Assembly: GCA_964016885.1 (NCBI GenBank)
Contig: OZ024754.1
Coordinates: 17,174,001-17,238,000 of the forward strand
DNA length: 64,000 bases
Source: Eledone cirrhosa
Lineage: Eukaryota
Direction of reading: 5' to 3'
Shown here: one piece after another, positions 1 to 13,385 of the stretch
How the letters are laid out: the number at the start of each line of letters is the position of its first letter
How positions within the stretch are numbered: the first letter of the stretch is position 1
Made by a program: the position numbers and the translations under genes
Notes under the pieces: model-generated
What the model saw: only the letters and a program-made list of their open reading frames with translations
Database searches by the model: none
What the model was told of the DNA's origin: nothing

Positions 1-3000
1 GTTACTGTTGGACTAACGTCATTTCCTATATGGTGTTACTGTTGGACTAATGTCATTTCCTATATGGTGTTACTGTTGGACTAATGTCATTTCCTATATG
101 GTGTTACTGTTGGACTAATGTCATTTCCTATATGGTGTTACTGTTGGACTAATGGCATTTCCTATATGGTGTTACTGTTGGACTAATGTCATTTCCGATA
201 TGGTGTTACTGTTGGACTAATGGCATTTCCTATATGGTGTTACTGTTGGACTAATGGCATTTCCGATATGGTGTTACTGTTGGACTAATGTCATTTCCGA
301 TATGGTGTTACTGTTGGACTAATGTCATTTCCGATATGGTGTTACTGTTGGACTAATGGCATTTCCGATATGGTGTTACTGTTGGATAACGTCATTTCCT
401 TTATGGTGTTACTGTTGGACTAATGTCATTTCCTATATGGTGTTACTGTTGGACTAATGGCATTTCCTATATGGTGTTATTGTTGGACTAATGTCATTTC
501 CGATATGGTGTTACTGTTGGACTAATGGCATTTCCTATATGGTGTTATTGTTGGACTAATGTCATTTCCGATATGGTGTTACTGTTGGACTAATGTCATT
601 TCCGATATGGTGTTATTGTTGGACTAATGTCATTTCCGATATGGTGTTACTGTTGGACTAATGTCATTTCCTATATGGTGTTACTGTTGGACTAATGTCA
701 TTTCCTATATGGTGTTACTGTTGGACTAATGTCATTTCCTATATGGTGTTACTGTTGGACTAATGTCATTTCCGATATGGTGTTACTGTTGGACTAATGT
801 CATTTCCGATATGGTGTTATTGTTGGACTAATGTCATTTCCGATATGGTGTTACTGTTGGACTAATGTCATTTCCTATATGGTGTTACTGTTGGACTAAT
901 GTCATTTCCGATATGGTGTTACTGTTGGACTAACGTCATTTCCGATATGGTGTTACTGTTGGACTAATGTCATTTCCTATATGGTGTTACTGTTGGACTA
1001 ACGTCATTTCCGATATGGTGTTATTGTTGGACTAATGTCATTTCCGATATGGTGTTACTGTTGGACTAACGTCATTTCCGATATGGTGTTATTGTTGGAC
1101 TAATGTCATTTCCGATATGGTGTTACTGTTGGACTAACGTCATTTCCTATATGGTGTTACTGTTGGACTAATGTCATTTCCGATATGGTGTTACTGTTGG
1201 ACTAATGTCATTTCCGATATGGTGTTATTGTTGGACTAATGTCATTTCCTATATGGTGTTACTGTTGGACTAATGTCATTTCCGATATGGTGTTACTGTT
1301 GGACTAACGTCATTTCCGATATGGTGTTATTGTTGGACTAATGTCATTTCCTATATGGTGTTACTGTTGGACTAACGTCATTTCCGATATGGTGTTACTG
1401 TTGGACTAACGTCGTTTCCTATATGGTGTTACTGTTGGACTAATGTCATTTCCTATATGGTGTTACTGTTGGACTAATGTCATTTCCTATATGGTGTTAC
1501 TGTTGGACTAATGGCATTTCCTATATGGTGTTACTGTTGGACTAATGTCATTTCCGATATGGTGTTACTGTTGGACTAATGTCATTTCCGATATGGTGTT
1601 ACTGTTGGACTAACGGCATTTCCTATATGGTGTTACTGTTGGACTAATGTCATTTCCGATATGGTGTTACTGTTGGACTAACGGCATTTCCTATATGGTG
1701 TTACTGTTGGACTAATGTCATTTCCGATATGGTGTTACTGTTGGACTAACGGCATTTCCTATATGGTGTTACTGTTGGACTAACGTCATTTCCGATATGG
1801 TGTTACTGTTGGACTAATGTCATTTCCTATATGGTGTTACTGTTGGACTAATGTCATTTCCTATATGGTGTTACTGTTGGACTAATGTCATTTCCGATAT
1901 GGTGTTACTGTTGGACTAACGTCATTTCCGATATGGTGTTACTGTTGGACTAATGTCATTTCCGATATGGTGTTACTGTTGGACTAACGGCATTTCCTAT
2001 ATGGTGTTACTGTTGGACTAATGTCATTTCCGATATGGTGTTACTGTTGGACTAACGGCATTTCCTATATGGTGTTATTGTTGGACTAATGTCATTTCCG
2101 ATATGGTGTTACTGTTGGACTAATGTCATTTCCGATATGGTGTTACTGTTGGACTAACGGCATTTCCTATATGGTGTTACTGTTGGACTAATGTCATTTC
2201 CTATATGGTGTTACTGTTGGACTAACGGCATTTCCTATATGGTGTTACTGTTGGACTAATGTCATTTCCGATATGGTGTTACTGTTGGACTAACGGCATT
2301 TCCTATATGGTGTTACTGTTGGACTAATGTCATTTCCGATATGGTGTTACTGTTGGACTAACGGCATTTCCTATATGGTGTTACTGTTGGACTAATGTCA
2401 TTTCCGATATGGTGTTACTGTTGGACTAACGGCATTTCCTATATGGTGTTACTGTTGGACTAACGGCATTTCCCATATGGTGTTACTGTTGGACTAACGG
2501 CATTTCCTATATGGTGTTACTGTTGGACTAATGTCATTTCCGATATGGTGTTACTGTTGGACTAACGGCATTTCCTATATGGTGTTACTGTTGGACTAAT
2601 GTCATTTCCGATATGGTGTTACTGTTGGACTAATGGCATTTCCTATATGGTGTTACTGTTGGACTAATGTCATTTCCTATATGGTGTTACTGTTGGACTA
2701 ATGGCATTTCCTATATGGTGTTACTGTTGGACTAATGTCATTTCCGATATGGTGTTACTGTTGGACTAACGGCATTTCCTATATGGTGTTACTGTTGGAC
2801 TAATGTCATTTCCGATATGGTGTTACTGTTGGACTAACGGCATTTCCTATATGGTGTTACTGTTGGACTAATGTCATTTCCTATATGGTGTTATTGTTGG
2901 ACTAATGTCATTTCCGATATGGTGTTACTGTTGGACTAACGGCATTTCCTATATGGTGTTACTGTTGGACTAATGTCATTTCCGATATGGTGTTATTGTT

Positions 3001-3563
3001 GGACTAACGTCATTTCCGATATGGTGTTACTGTTGGACTAACGTCATTTCCGATATGGTGTTACTGTTGGACTAATGTCATTTCCTATATGGTGTTACTG
3101 TTGGACTAACGTCATTTCCGATATGGTGTTACTGTTGGACTAACGTCATTTCCGATATGGTGTTACTGTTGGACTAACGTCATTTCCGATATGGTGTTAC
3201 TGTTGGACTAACGTCATTTCCGATATGGTGTTACTGTTGGACTAACGTCATTTCCTATATGGTGTTACTGTTGGACTAACGTCATTTCCGATATGGTGTT
3301 ACTGTTGGACTAATGTCATTTCCTATATGGTGTTACTGTTGGACTAACGTCGTTTCCTATATGGTGTTACTGTTGGACTAACGTCGTTTCCGATATGGTG
3401 TTACTGTTGGACTAACGTCATTTCCGATATGGTGTTACTGTTGGACTAATGTCATTTCCTATATGGTGTTACTGTTGGACTAACGTCATTTCCGATATGG
3501 TGTTACTGTTGGACTAACGTCATTTCCTATATGGTGTTACTGTTGGACTAATGTCATTTCCGA
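1..3563. repeat. 34-bp tandem satellite, ~105 copies, runs off the window start
   Basis: Unit GTTACTGTTGGACTAA(T/C)G(T/G)CATTTCC(T/G)ATATGGT repeated without interruption. Confidence 0.98.
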
Positions 3564-3846
3564 CAAGTGCTCCTCTTGATTCAATCAACAGAACCACCTG
3601 CTCGTGAAATTGTCTAAATTGTTGAGCATTCCATGCACTCTTAACATAGTCCTCAGGGAGATTCAGCATGACACCGCTGGCCTCTTGAATTAAGGTACAG
3701 CACATTTTTGCCAGCTGAGTGAACTGAAGCAATCTGAAGTAAAGCATCTTGCTGAATGATACAATGTGCCATCCAATCTGGAAATCGAACTCACAAACCT
3801 ACGATCATGAGCTGAATACCCTAACCACTAAGCCACATAACTTCAC
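3564..3846 (-). mobile_element. tRNA-derived SINE (diverged)
   Basis: Minus strand begins with an A-box-like TGGCTTAGTGG and a B-box-like GAGTTCGATTT, followed by a CORE-like segment (CAGCAAGATGCTTTACTTCAGATTGCTTCAGTTCACTCAGCTG). Confidence 0.7.
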
Positions 3847-3887
3847 AGAAGATGTGACAACTTCTAGATGGTAGTTATTTTACATCA

Positions 3888-4083
3888 CTGTTAAACCAGG
3901 TGACTGATTAAGTCTACAACCCTTGGCCAGGAGGTTCTGTTAAACCAGGTGACTGATTAAGTCTGCAACCCTTGGCCAGGAGGTTCTGTTAAACTAGGTG
4001 ACTGATTAAGTCTACAACCCTTGGCCAAGAGGTTCTGTTAAACCAGGTGACTAATTAAGTCTACAACCCTTGGCCAGGAGGTT
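3888..4083. repeat. 49-bp minisatellite x4
   Basis: CTGTTAAACCAGGTGACTGATTAAGTCTACAACCCTTGGCCAGGAGGTT, four near-identical copies. Confidence 0.95.
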
Positions 4084-4281
4084 AATAGTCAATGTGGGTC
4101 TATATATATATAGAGAGAGAGAAAGAGAGAGACATATATGTTCATATATATCTATCTATCTAGGGCGGGTAAAATTCCCGAGATAATATATAGATATATA
4201 TACATACACATATATATATATTATATATATATACATATATATATATATATTCATATATATATATTATGTATTATTTATATG

Positions 4282-4771
4282 CATATTCATATCTATATAT
4301 ATTGAAAAAGTGAAGAATAACATGGTCAACAACACAAAGCAGGGTTTTATTTACAGTATTAACAATACAGAATTAGCTGGATGAAGTTGTCAACGGCAAT
4401 GGCTTATAGAATTGGCATGTCACATTGTAGACTTTGCAATATGAAATTATTCCATATTTTAAAATATAACAAAATGCCGCTTAACAGCAAAATTGAACGA
4501 ATAATTTTCTGTAGACATAAAAGGCGAACAAATTCGATAATTTCAGACCAACTTAATGCATCCCATCTATTCCATAATTCAAATTGTACCACCTGAATCT
4601 ATTATAATAACCTATTATTATTATTATCAACTGTCAATGAACCAACATCATAACTTCTTATATTTTCTCTCTTTCATTTTCTATCTTTCTATTTCTTTCC
4701 CTAAATTTATTTAATCTCTTACATTATATCTTATTGTATTATTTTCACTACTAATATAACTTACAATTAAT

Positions 4772-4806
<35 letters not shown>

Positions 4807-5534
4807 TTAATGTAACTAATACATATCTGAATATATTTAACATTTTCATGTTTATACCATCATATCTCTATAGTTTTACCATCAACACCACAACTACGCT
4901 CAATAATATCATACTATGTTTACTTTTCTTCGCACACATATTAAGTTTTTAATTTATTTTTTATCATATTTTGTATTATTTTTTATCATCTTCATTATAA
5001 CTTATTTATTAACATTTATTCATTTATTCATTTATTTTTTTTTTCTCTATATTTTTCTATTTTTCTTTTTCTTTATCTTTTATCTTTTTTCTTCATCCTT
5101 TTCTCTTCGTTCATTTTTCTCTATCTTTTTCTTTTTTTTTCTCTCTTTTTCTTTATTAATGATGTTGTAATTTGATCTCGTAAACGCTGAGTATAGTTTT
5201 AACAGTCCTTTCTCATGATCTGGTTAAGCTAACATCGTATTTACAATTGAGTGGCACAACTTCAAGTGTTCAGCAATTTTTAGACAACTTAATCAGTGAA
5301 ACAATTGTTAAATACTGTAATTAAAACCCTTTTTTGTATTGTTGACCATGTTATTCTTCACTCTTTCAATATTATTACTCCAAGATAAACTTACATAGGA
5401 ATTAACGACAACTCACAAACTCGCCACCTAAGGAAACTTCTTGTTGAGTCAAACAACGCCGTACGCTAAAACTATCCACAATACGAAGTATTCACAACCT
5501 CTAACTGGATTACCTATAACGATATTTTGTTATC

Positions 5535-5537
<3 letters not shown>
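4282..5537 (+). mobile_element. Penelope-like fold-back remnant (inverted arms ~4282-4347 / ~5304-5372 plus tail)
   Basis: Diverged inverted arms bounded by (TA)n. GAAACAATTGTT (hammerhead GAAA plus palindromic helix III) lies at ~5298-5309. Confidence 0.5.
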
Positions 5538-5576
<39 letters not shown>

Positions 5577-5644
5577 TATATATATGCATATTCATATATA
5601 TATATATATATATTATATTATATATATGCATATTCAAATATATC

Positions 5645-5683
<39 letters not shown>

Positions 5684-5881
5684 TATTCATATTCATATCT
5701 ATATATTATATATATATATATGCATATTCATATTCATATATATATATATATATATATTCATATTCATATTTATATATATATATGAATGTAAACAAAGAAC
5801 TTACTAGATCTACCAACTCGTAATATAAAATTAAATCAAATTATTTAAAACTACAAGTGAAGTCATTCTTTTCCTTTTTTT

Positions 5882-5933
<52 letters not shown>

Positions 5934-5955
5934 TATATACATATATATATAAATA

Positions 5956-5989
<34 letters not shown>

Positions 5990-6141
5990 TATATACATAT
6001 ATATATAAATATGCATATATGTATATATATATGCATATAAGTATATATATATATAAATATATATATATGAATATGCATATATATACTATATATATACAAT
6101 ATATAATATATATATATTTATATATATATATTATATATTAT

Positions 6142-7485
6142 CATCATCATCATCATCGTTTAACGTCCCTGTTCCACGCTTGCATGGGTTTGGATGGGGG
6201 TTTTCCCACTTGAGGCAAGAGTGGTTGTCTTGCTCGCATAGGACTGTCTGGCGGGTTTTCTACAGCTGGATGCCCTTCCTAACACCAACCACATTTACAG
6301 TGTGGGGCTGGGAGGTTTTTACCGTGTTGCCTACACAGCCACATTACAGCGTGGACTGTCTGGCGTGTTTTCTACAGCTGGATGCCCTTCCTAACACCAA
6401 CCACATTTACAGTGTGGGACTGGGAGGTTTTTACCGTGTTGCCTACACGGCCACATTACAGCGTGGACTGTGTGTTTTTTTGTTGTGACACCTACACAAT
6501 CTCATTTGTTTCGGCCTGGATGTTGTGGCACCAACATAACTTTGCATTGAAGGGGTGGTGTGGATGGGGTGGGACGGGGGTGTATTTTGTTAGAGATGCC
6601 TACTGCCTAGTAGGTTTTACTTTGTATTTAGGTAAGGTGGGTCTTCTCTGTTACTGAGTACCGCCAAAGGTTTCGGTCCAGTGACATTGTCTTGGAGAGG
6701 TGTAAGTGTGTGAGGTCGGAATTTATCAGCTCGACCCAGGTTTTCCTGGGTCTGCCTACTCCGTGGCTACCATCTATCTTTATTGCCCTGCACTTTGTTA
6801 TACAGCTGTCGTCTTTCATGCGCATCACGTGACCATACCAACGTAGCCTTCTCTCGAGTAAACAACATCTGATCACTCTTATTTCTAATTTTTTCCTTAG
6901 TTCGTTTATGCTTTGCCGTTCACGTATATTACTATTACACATCCAGCGGAGCATGCAAGCTTCGTTCCTCTCTAGTCTGCGTATATCCTCTGCACACAAT
7001 GCCCAGGTCTCACTGCCATGCAACATTGCTGTTCGTATGCAGGCATCATACAACCTGCCTTTCATTTTTAGGGAGAACCCTTTAGCGGCTAATAGTGGTA
7101 TAAGCTCTCTGAACTTTTTCCATCCAGTTCTGACTCTAGCTACTATACTTTCAGAGCACCCTCCCCCACTGCTGATTTTGTCACCCAGGTAACGGAAGCT
7201 GTCCACTATTTCTATAGAACCCTCTGCGCAATTGAAAGAGTTAGTATTTTGTGGGCACTTGCTGCAACTTATTGCACCAGAGCACCGGCCACATGTAAAA
7301 TCTGTGTTCTTAGTTAGCTTACCTGTGATCCCACTACATCTTTTATGCACCCATACTTTGCATTTGGGACATAAAATGGAGTTTCTACCTACGCCTTTCC
7401 TACACACTGAGCATGGCCATTTCCCGGAGGGGACCGTCGCCTTATTTTCTGTCCTACAAACTAGAACTTTAGTCTTAGCCAGGTT
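6142..7485 (-). mobile_element. 5'-truncated RTE-clade LINE (RT C-terminus, PHD-like finger, 3'UTR, (GAT)n tail)
   Basis: Open frame 7485-6628 contains NLAKTKVL, the finger CxxC..CxxCxxxxHxxC..CxxC, FRYLGD, RRLRWYGHVMRM and GRPRKTW. The 3'UTR ends in GAT repeats and the element sits in (TA)n. Confidence 0.92.
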
Positions 7486-7635
7486 ATATATGCATATTCA
7501 TATATATTTATATATATATATATTTATATATATATATTATATATTATATATATGCATATTCATATATATATATTTATATATATTCATATATATATATATA
7601 TGTATATATTCATATATATATATATATATATATAT

Positions 7636-8072
7636 ATAGGAACGAGTAAGACCCCGACGGCTGAGCTCAAGCCGTTTCGACCTTTTTTCAGTGGGACTGG
7701 GATGTTCTTGGTAGAGAAGTTGATGTTGTGTTTTTGCATGGTGCGGGTGAAAGAACTTGAGCTTAGCGGAAAAGTCTGGATACGGTGTGGTAGGGTCGGA
7801 GAGTGCTCTATTCCCGTAGTAGAACACTTTCCGACCCTACCACGCCGTATCCAGACTTTTCCGCTAAGCTCAAGTTCTTTCACCCGCACCATGCAAAAAC
7901 ACAACATCGACTTCTCTACCAAGAAAATCCCAGTCCCACCGAAAAAAGGTCGAAACGGCTTGAGCTCAGCCGTCGGGGTCCTACTCGTTCCTATTACCCA
8001 CTCTACTACCCTAAGTATTGAGTACTTTGGTGCGTTATGGTCCACCTGGTTCCTTACCACATTTCCTTCGTT
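7636..8072 (+). mobile_element. Fold-back Penelope-like element, ~175-bp inverted arms plus ~78-nt tail, hammerhead-like motif in each arm
   Basis: Arms 7636-7810 and 7819-7994 are near-perfect reverse complements. Motif CCCA-C(T/C)GAAAA-AAGGTC-GAAA-CGGCT..AGCCG-TC-GGGG at 7935-7978 (+) and 7652-7695 (-). Confidence 0.75.
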
Positions 8073-8089
8073 ATATATATATATATATA

Positions 8090-8438
8090 TATTTGAAAAA
8101 AAGGAAAAGAATGATTTCACTTGTAGTTCTAAATAATTTGATTTAATTTTATAATATTATAATTTAATTTAATATTATAATATTACGAGTTGGTAGATCT
8201 AGTAAGTTCTTTGTTAACTTCGGTGGGAAGAATTTTAAAGATTCCTGGTTAACTTTCTTGGAGAACTTTCTTGCATTCATCTGTGGTGATTGTCAAACAT
8301 ATAACAAAGAACTTTCTAGATCTACCAACTCATAATATTATAAAATTAAATCAAATTGTTTAGAACTACAAGTGAAGTCATTCTTTTCCTTTTTTTCAAA
8401 TATACCTAACTGTACCAAGGATCTCACACATTTTCCAA
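8090..8438 (+). mobile_element. Fold-back element (arms ~8090-8215 / ~8303-8403, ~35-nt tail); further tailless arm at 5788-5885
   Basis: Inverted arms flanked by (TA)n; the same sequence recurs at 5788-5885. Confidence 0.65.
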
Positions 8439-8480
8439 TATATATATATATATATGTGTGTATATATATATATATGTATA

Positions 8481-8516
<36 letters not shown>

Positions 8517-8553
8517 TATGCATCTTTATATATATATATATAAATATATATAC

Positions 8554-8735
8554 AACCTCATAGCACTATTTCATACCTGGAGTGTGTAGCTAAAAATCAA
8601 TCTATGTAATCGATGATTGAAAGAAACAAAAGTCAATCAATTTTTAGCTATACTCTCTAGGTATGAAATAGTGGTATAAGGTTTCACTTATGATTCCACC
8701 TGTGTACATATTCTTCTACAGAATATGTATTTGGT
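8554..8735 (+). mobile_element. Short fold-back element (arms ~8554-8605 / ~8637-8685 plus tail)
   Basis: ACCTCATAGCACTATTTCATACCTGGAG..TAGCTAAAAAT is inverted against ATTTTTAGCTA..CTAGGTATGAAATAGTGGTATAAGGT; TA-rich flanks. Confidence 0.6.
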
Positions 8736-8873
8736 ATATATACAATATACCGTGTTTCTTGTGCAATATATGTATATACATATATCTCTTTATTTGGTTA
8801 TTACAGCTCTAGATAAAGTCTATTGAGCTTGCTTATTGAGAAATACAAATTAGATATGTTTTGATTCATTATT

Positions 8874-8920
<47 letters not shown>

Positions 8921-8932
<12 letters not shown>

Positions 8933-9168
8933 ATAGCTTTCACCGTATTTTTAACTAAAGGAATTTTAGCTTGATAACGGGGTTTAGAACCCTCAGATAA
9001 ATGGAAAAAGATGAGTATTGACGTACATGTCGTCAATACTCATCTTTTTCCATTTATCTGAGGGTTCTAAACCCCGTTATCAAGCTAAAATTCCTTTAGT
9101 TAAAAATACGGTGAAAGCTATATATTTTCTAATTTCAAACTCGCTCACTGTTTCAAGACATACTTACT

Positions 9169-9172
<4 letters not shown>
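8921..9172 (+). mobile_element. Perfect 103-bp-arm fold-back element plus ~40-nt tail; degenerate relative at ~16016-16155
   Basis: 8921-9023 is the reverse complement of 9031-9133 with a 7-nt loop. Both sides are (TA)n. The tail TTCAAACT..GTTTCAA recurs at 16.1 kb. Confidence 0.75.
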
Positions 9173-9211
<39 letters not shown>

Positions 9212-9731
9212 AAAAAGCCATAGAATGCATTAGAAACGTATGCCAAGATGACGATAGAATTTTACCTTAGCAAATTTAATTATCCCAAATATCCATTATT
9301 AATGGAGTATCTCTGTATGTATGTATATATATATATATATATATTCATATACACACACACATATGTACATATATAAATATATATACATATGTGCATATAT
9401 AGAAACACACACACATATATATGTACATATATACATGTAGATATATATATATATGTATACACATACACACATATACATATATATTTTTACGGCTTATCCA
9501 GGAGGCATTTCTTTTCTTATTGGGTGGAGGTGGGGACAAAACCATACATGAATGTTTGAAATCCATCCCACACTGTTTCTCTCTCACTCAAACGTACTCA
9601 CAGACACACACCTATTGGTGCTGTGGGCGACTGAATGCGCTGATAGAGTAATCTCCCCTTAATACATGTTACAGTATCAAGGGAAGCAGTTCATTAAAAA
9701 AATTCAGCCTCCAGAAGGTTAAATTCGTTAA

Positions 9732-9979
9732 CCCTCATTACCATATTAGTAATGAAATATACTCTGCTGGTTAATTTCAGATAATTTTGAAAATAATTGT
9801 GAATTTGGAGGGATTTAATGATTAACAAACTTCCTCATTATTAAGCTGGTATTTGGAGTATAACTTAACAAAGGTTCTTTAAAAAAATTATGATGAAGGT
9901 TTTTAGATAAATATAACCACACCTATTTTTTTCAGTTGTAGAACTGGAGGCTGTTTCAGGTGGTTTGGTATCAAAAAGT
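9732..9979 (+). mobile_element. piggyBac-like MITE family A (other copies ~17160-17396, ~27240-27670, 30522-31410, ~39010-39230, ~44749-45483)
   Basis: TTAA|CCCT... left end and ...GGTATCAAAAGGG|TTAA-type right end, with shared internal sequence among copies. Confidence 0.65.
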
Positions 9980-11902
9980 TTAAATTATTTTTTATTTATT
10001 TTTATTCTTTTTAAATTTAGATTTTGTAAGGAATATCTTGAAAACGGTTCTGTTTATATTTAGAACTTGAAATAATTTTGAAATTTGTTTTTGTTTATTT
10101 TGTTTTCTTGTTTGTCATCTTTATATTTGTTATTTTCTTCACAAAAATATCATTTCTACAAAATCTAGACTAAATAAGGTATATATTTAGTCTAGATTTT
10201 CCGGCCAGTATTCTCTCACCGCTTTCTGTTCAAACCGGCCATAACTGGCCACTTATACTGATGTTAAGGTATTGTTCTCAAAATAAATACTATCAAGATC
10301 TCATAGATTCGATATTATGTGAGATAAAGCCTTTACTGCGAAAATACAATAGTAAATATAGACAATGTATCTACTAAAGGTTTAGTTAATACATTCAATT
10401 TATTTATTGGGACATCTCATAAATAAAGCAGTTTTTTAAATATTTCTTTTACTTTTAAGAATTAAGATAAACCGCACAAAAATTAAGATAAACCGCACTT
10501 TTCAAAGCTTGCACTAAGAATGAGGACAAAGTGAATTCAATACCTGCTTTTATAGCAAGTTTATGCAGGTGTTTATCTCTCCACCCTCTCTGACTTTTAT
10601 TGCATGCAGTTGAAAAAACTGCATTATCTATGGGCTTTTCAATATTTATCACATAGGTGAAGGGCAATGCATATATCCTTTAATTTTCTTAGGGCCTTCC
10701 AGACTAATGAGAGGGAAGGTGGAAGATACCCTTAAAACACCTCTGTGTTTTAAGGGTATCTGGCACAAATACTTGCAACAGAGTTGAGCTGTCTGCTAAA
10801 TGTTTACATGAACTAGACAATGATGTTAATCTAAGTGATGGATTAAGTTGAGCATTCTAGTGTGCCATGGTGAGATTTGATCTCAAGGCATTCCTGTCCA
10901 GTGTTCTAATGACTTCTTCACCCGTCAATTGACCTAAACTGATACCTTATCAACACTGGAAGGGTGAAAGGCAAAGGTGGTCATGTTAGAATTAGAACTG
11001 TTGAATGCAAGAATCCTAAATAAATACTGCAAGACATTTTCTCCAACACTAATGATTCTGCTTCCCTTGGATCCTCTGCTAATTGTAGATATTATGGTCT
11101 TGAAACTCCTGGGGGTGTTGTAGAAGCACCATAGTGACATACAACATTTCTTGGACTTTTTTAAACCTGCCAGAGCCCAACTCCTTTTCAGGTCTAAGTA
11201 GGACAAATTTCTTCCTGTGAAGAATAGAGAGTAAGAGAGAATGGAAGTGAGAAAAAGATATAGAGGAAGAATCAACCCCAGTATTTAACTGGAACATTTT
11301 TTTTATTGACCTTGAATGGGTAACAGCCAAAATTGACCTTAGTGCAATTTGAACTTGGAGAGCAGATAGCCAGAATGAATACCATAAAGCATTCTATCCG
11401 ATGTTCTAATGACTCTGCTAATTAAAAAACTCCTTCTTCAATAACTAAACATGGATTTGTATCATATGTCTTTCCATGTTGAATTTAATTCATAATAGTA
11501 TAAAGAAAAAAAATGAATCATATTTATGAAGTATTGACCAAGTTATGAATTTTTAATATATGTTAGTTTAAAGTAAGCTGCTTCAATGTAGGGTTTTATT
11601 TATTTAATTTTTTACAATGAAGAATAGTCAAATAGGTTATGTATATAAGCGTCTTGTTTTGATCTTATTCACTTTTTCCACCCCTAAAGGCTTATATGTT
11701 CAAAATGTTTGAATATTTTTCATAGTAAAACAAAAACCCTTACTCTAAACCAGAGGTTCTCAAACTTTCTTGGGCGCCGCCCCCCTTACGACCGCATAAT
11801 ACCCTCAGCGCCCTCAACCCTATTTCCAGAGAGACCTACCTATACACAAATTGTAAATAATATATAATAAATAAAATCGTTAGTTTATGTATGATAAATA
11901 AT

Positions 11903-12016
11903 TGTTTCTACTTTAGGCACAAGGCCAGCAATTACCCAGTACATTACTGGTACTTTATTTTATCGACCCCCGTAAGGATGAAAGGCAAAGTTAACCTCGG
12001 CGGGATTTGAACTCAT
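11903..12016 (-). mobile_element. 5'-truncated tRNA-SINE with 17-bp TSD
   Basis: B-box GAGTTCAAATCC, central domain CCTTTCATCCTTACGGGGGTCGATAAAAT; TSD TATGTATGATAAATAAT on both sides. Confidence 0.85.
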
Positions 12017-12153
12017 ATGTATGATAAATAATATAGTTTATACTATGTATAAATGATTATTATATATTTTTAATATACTATTATATATATACAATACTAT
12101 AATAATAATATATATTATTAATATACTATTATATATATACAATACTATAATAA

Positions 12154-12327
12154 TTGTTTCTACTTTTGGCACAAGGCCAACAATTACCCAGTACATTACT
12201 GGTACTTTATTTTATCAACCCGTAAAGATGAAAGGCAAAGTTAACCTTGACGGGACTTGAACTCAGACCGTAAAGGGACGTAACTATGCTGGAAAGCATG
12301 GCGTCTGACCCTCTACCGATACTGCCA
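12154..12327 (-). mobile_element. tRNA-SINE, same family (other copies ~14350-14460, ~15690-15850, ~45618-46040, ~10935-11420)
   Basis: Same central domain and ...GTAGAAACAATT 3' end; TATAATAAT flanks both sides. Confidence 0.8.
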
Positions 12328-13340
12328 TATAATAATATTATATATTTTTAATTTACTCTTATATATATATACAATACTATAATAATATTATATATTTTTA
12401 ATATACTATCATATATTTATTTATATATATATATATATACAATACTATAATAATATATATTTTTAATATACTATCATATATATATACAATACTATAATAA
12501 TATATATATATATATACAATACTATAATAATATTATAAATAATAAATTGATAGCGTCCCCCCACAGCCCTCTCATGCCTCAGTGCCCCCTCCCCCCTGGA
12601 CTTTCTCAATGACCCCCACCCCCAGGGCAGGGGCACTTTGGGACCCTCTGCTCTAAGCTAACATACATTAAAAATTCTAATTTTTAATCGTATTTTCTAG
12701 GTTTTTATGTAGATGGGTATTTCATAAGATAACTTCTGTGAAAAGGAGGGAAATTGGAGCAATTTAACTATATCATAACATATCATATTTCTAATGATTT
12801 CACCCTTGTTTTAATCATGTCAACTTTAACTAAAATTAATTTTAGGGATTACTTCTATATTCAGTTTATTTCATTATCACATACCTGATTTCCTTTGGTA
12901 AACACACAAGAACAGAATTTTAAAATAGCTAATAATCCAGTTGGTTTTCTGCCATTGATCTGTTAGGTGATAGGATCATGAGAAAATATAGATGACCATT
13001 TTTATGAGGTAGCTTCTTTGTGTGTATATATGAGCATTTATTTCTCTCGAATATATTATTTTTTTTATTGGAGTTGTACTTGTCTATCATATGACATGAT
13101 ATGAAACTGAAGCAATTACATCATGGAAGAGTCCTTTTAGCCATTCAAAAACACACAAAAGCTATTAAATTCACTTTACTACGTTTATCATAAATTTCTT
13201 GGTGTCAAATTTGGCTACTGATGCAGTTCCAATATGAGTGAAGCTGTATCAGTGACCAGGTTGCAAAAAAAGTGCAATGAAAATTCGACACCAAGAAGTA
13301 TATGATAAATGTATATGGCTATTTTGTTACATAGTGTATA

Positions 13341-13385
<45 letters not shown>

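Larger units (their letters stand above)
11751..12650. mobile_element. hAT (Charlie-like) non-autonomous element with two nested SINEs
   Basis: TIRs CAGAGGTTCTCAAA / TTTGGGACCCTCTG; 8-bp TSD CTCTAAAC / CTCTAAGC. Confidence 0.8.

Noticed and set aside
1-3563. CRISPR-like periodicity of the 34-, 38- and 48-bp arrays
   Set aside because: Units are head-to-tail with no unique spacers, there are no cas genes, and the context is eukaryotic.
7552-8136. Mirror-image ORFs with internally similar peptides
   Set aside because: A consequence of the DNA palindrome plus flanking TA repeats.
7636-9172. Fold-back elements interpreted as DNA-transposon MITEs
   Set aside because: The arms are asymmetric (one-sided tail), there are no conserved superfamily termini, ribozyme motifs are present, and one family of the same layout encloses a PLE RT.
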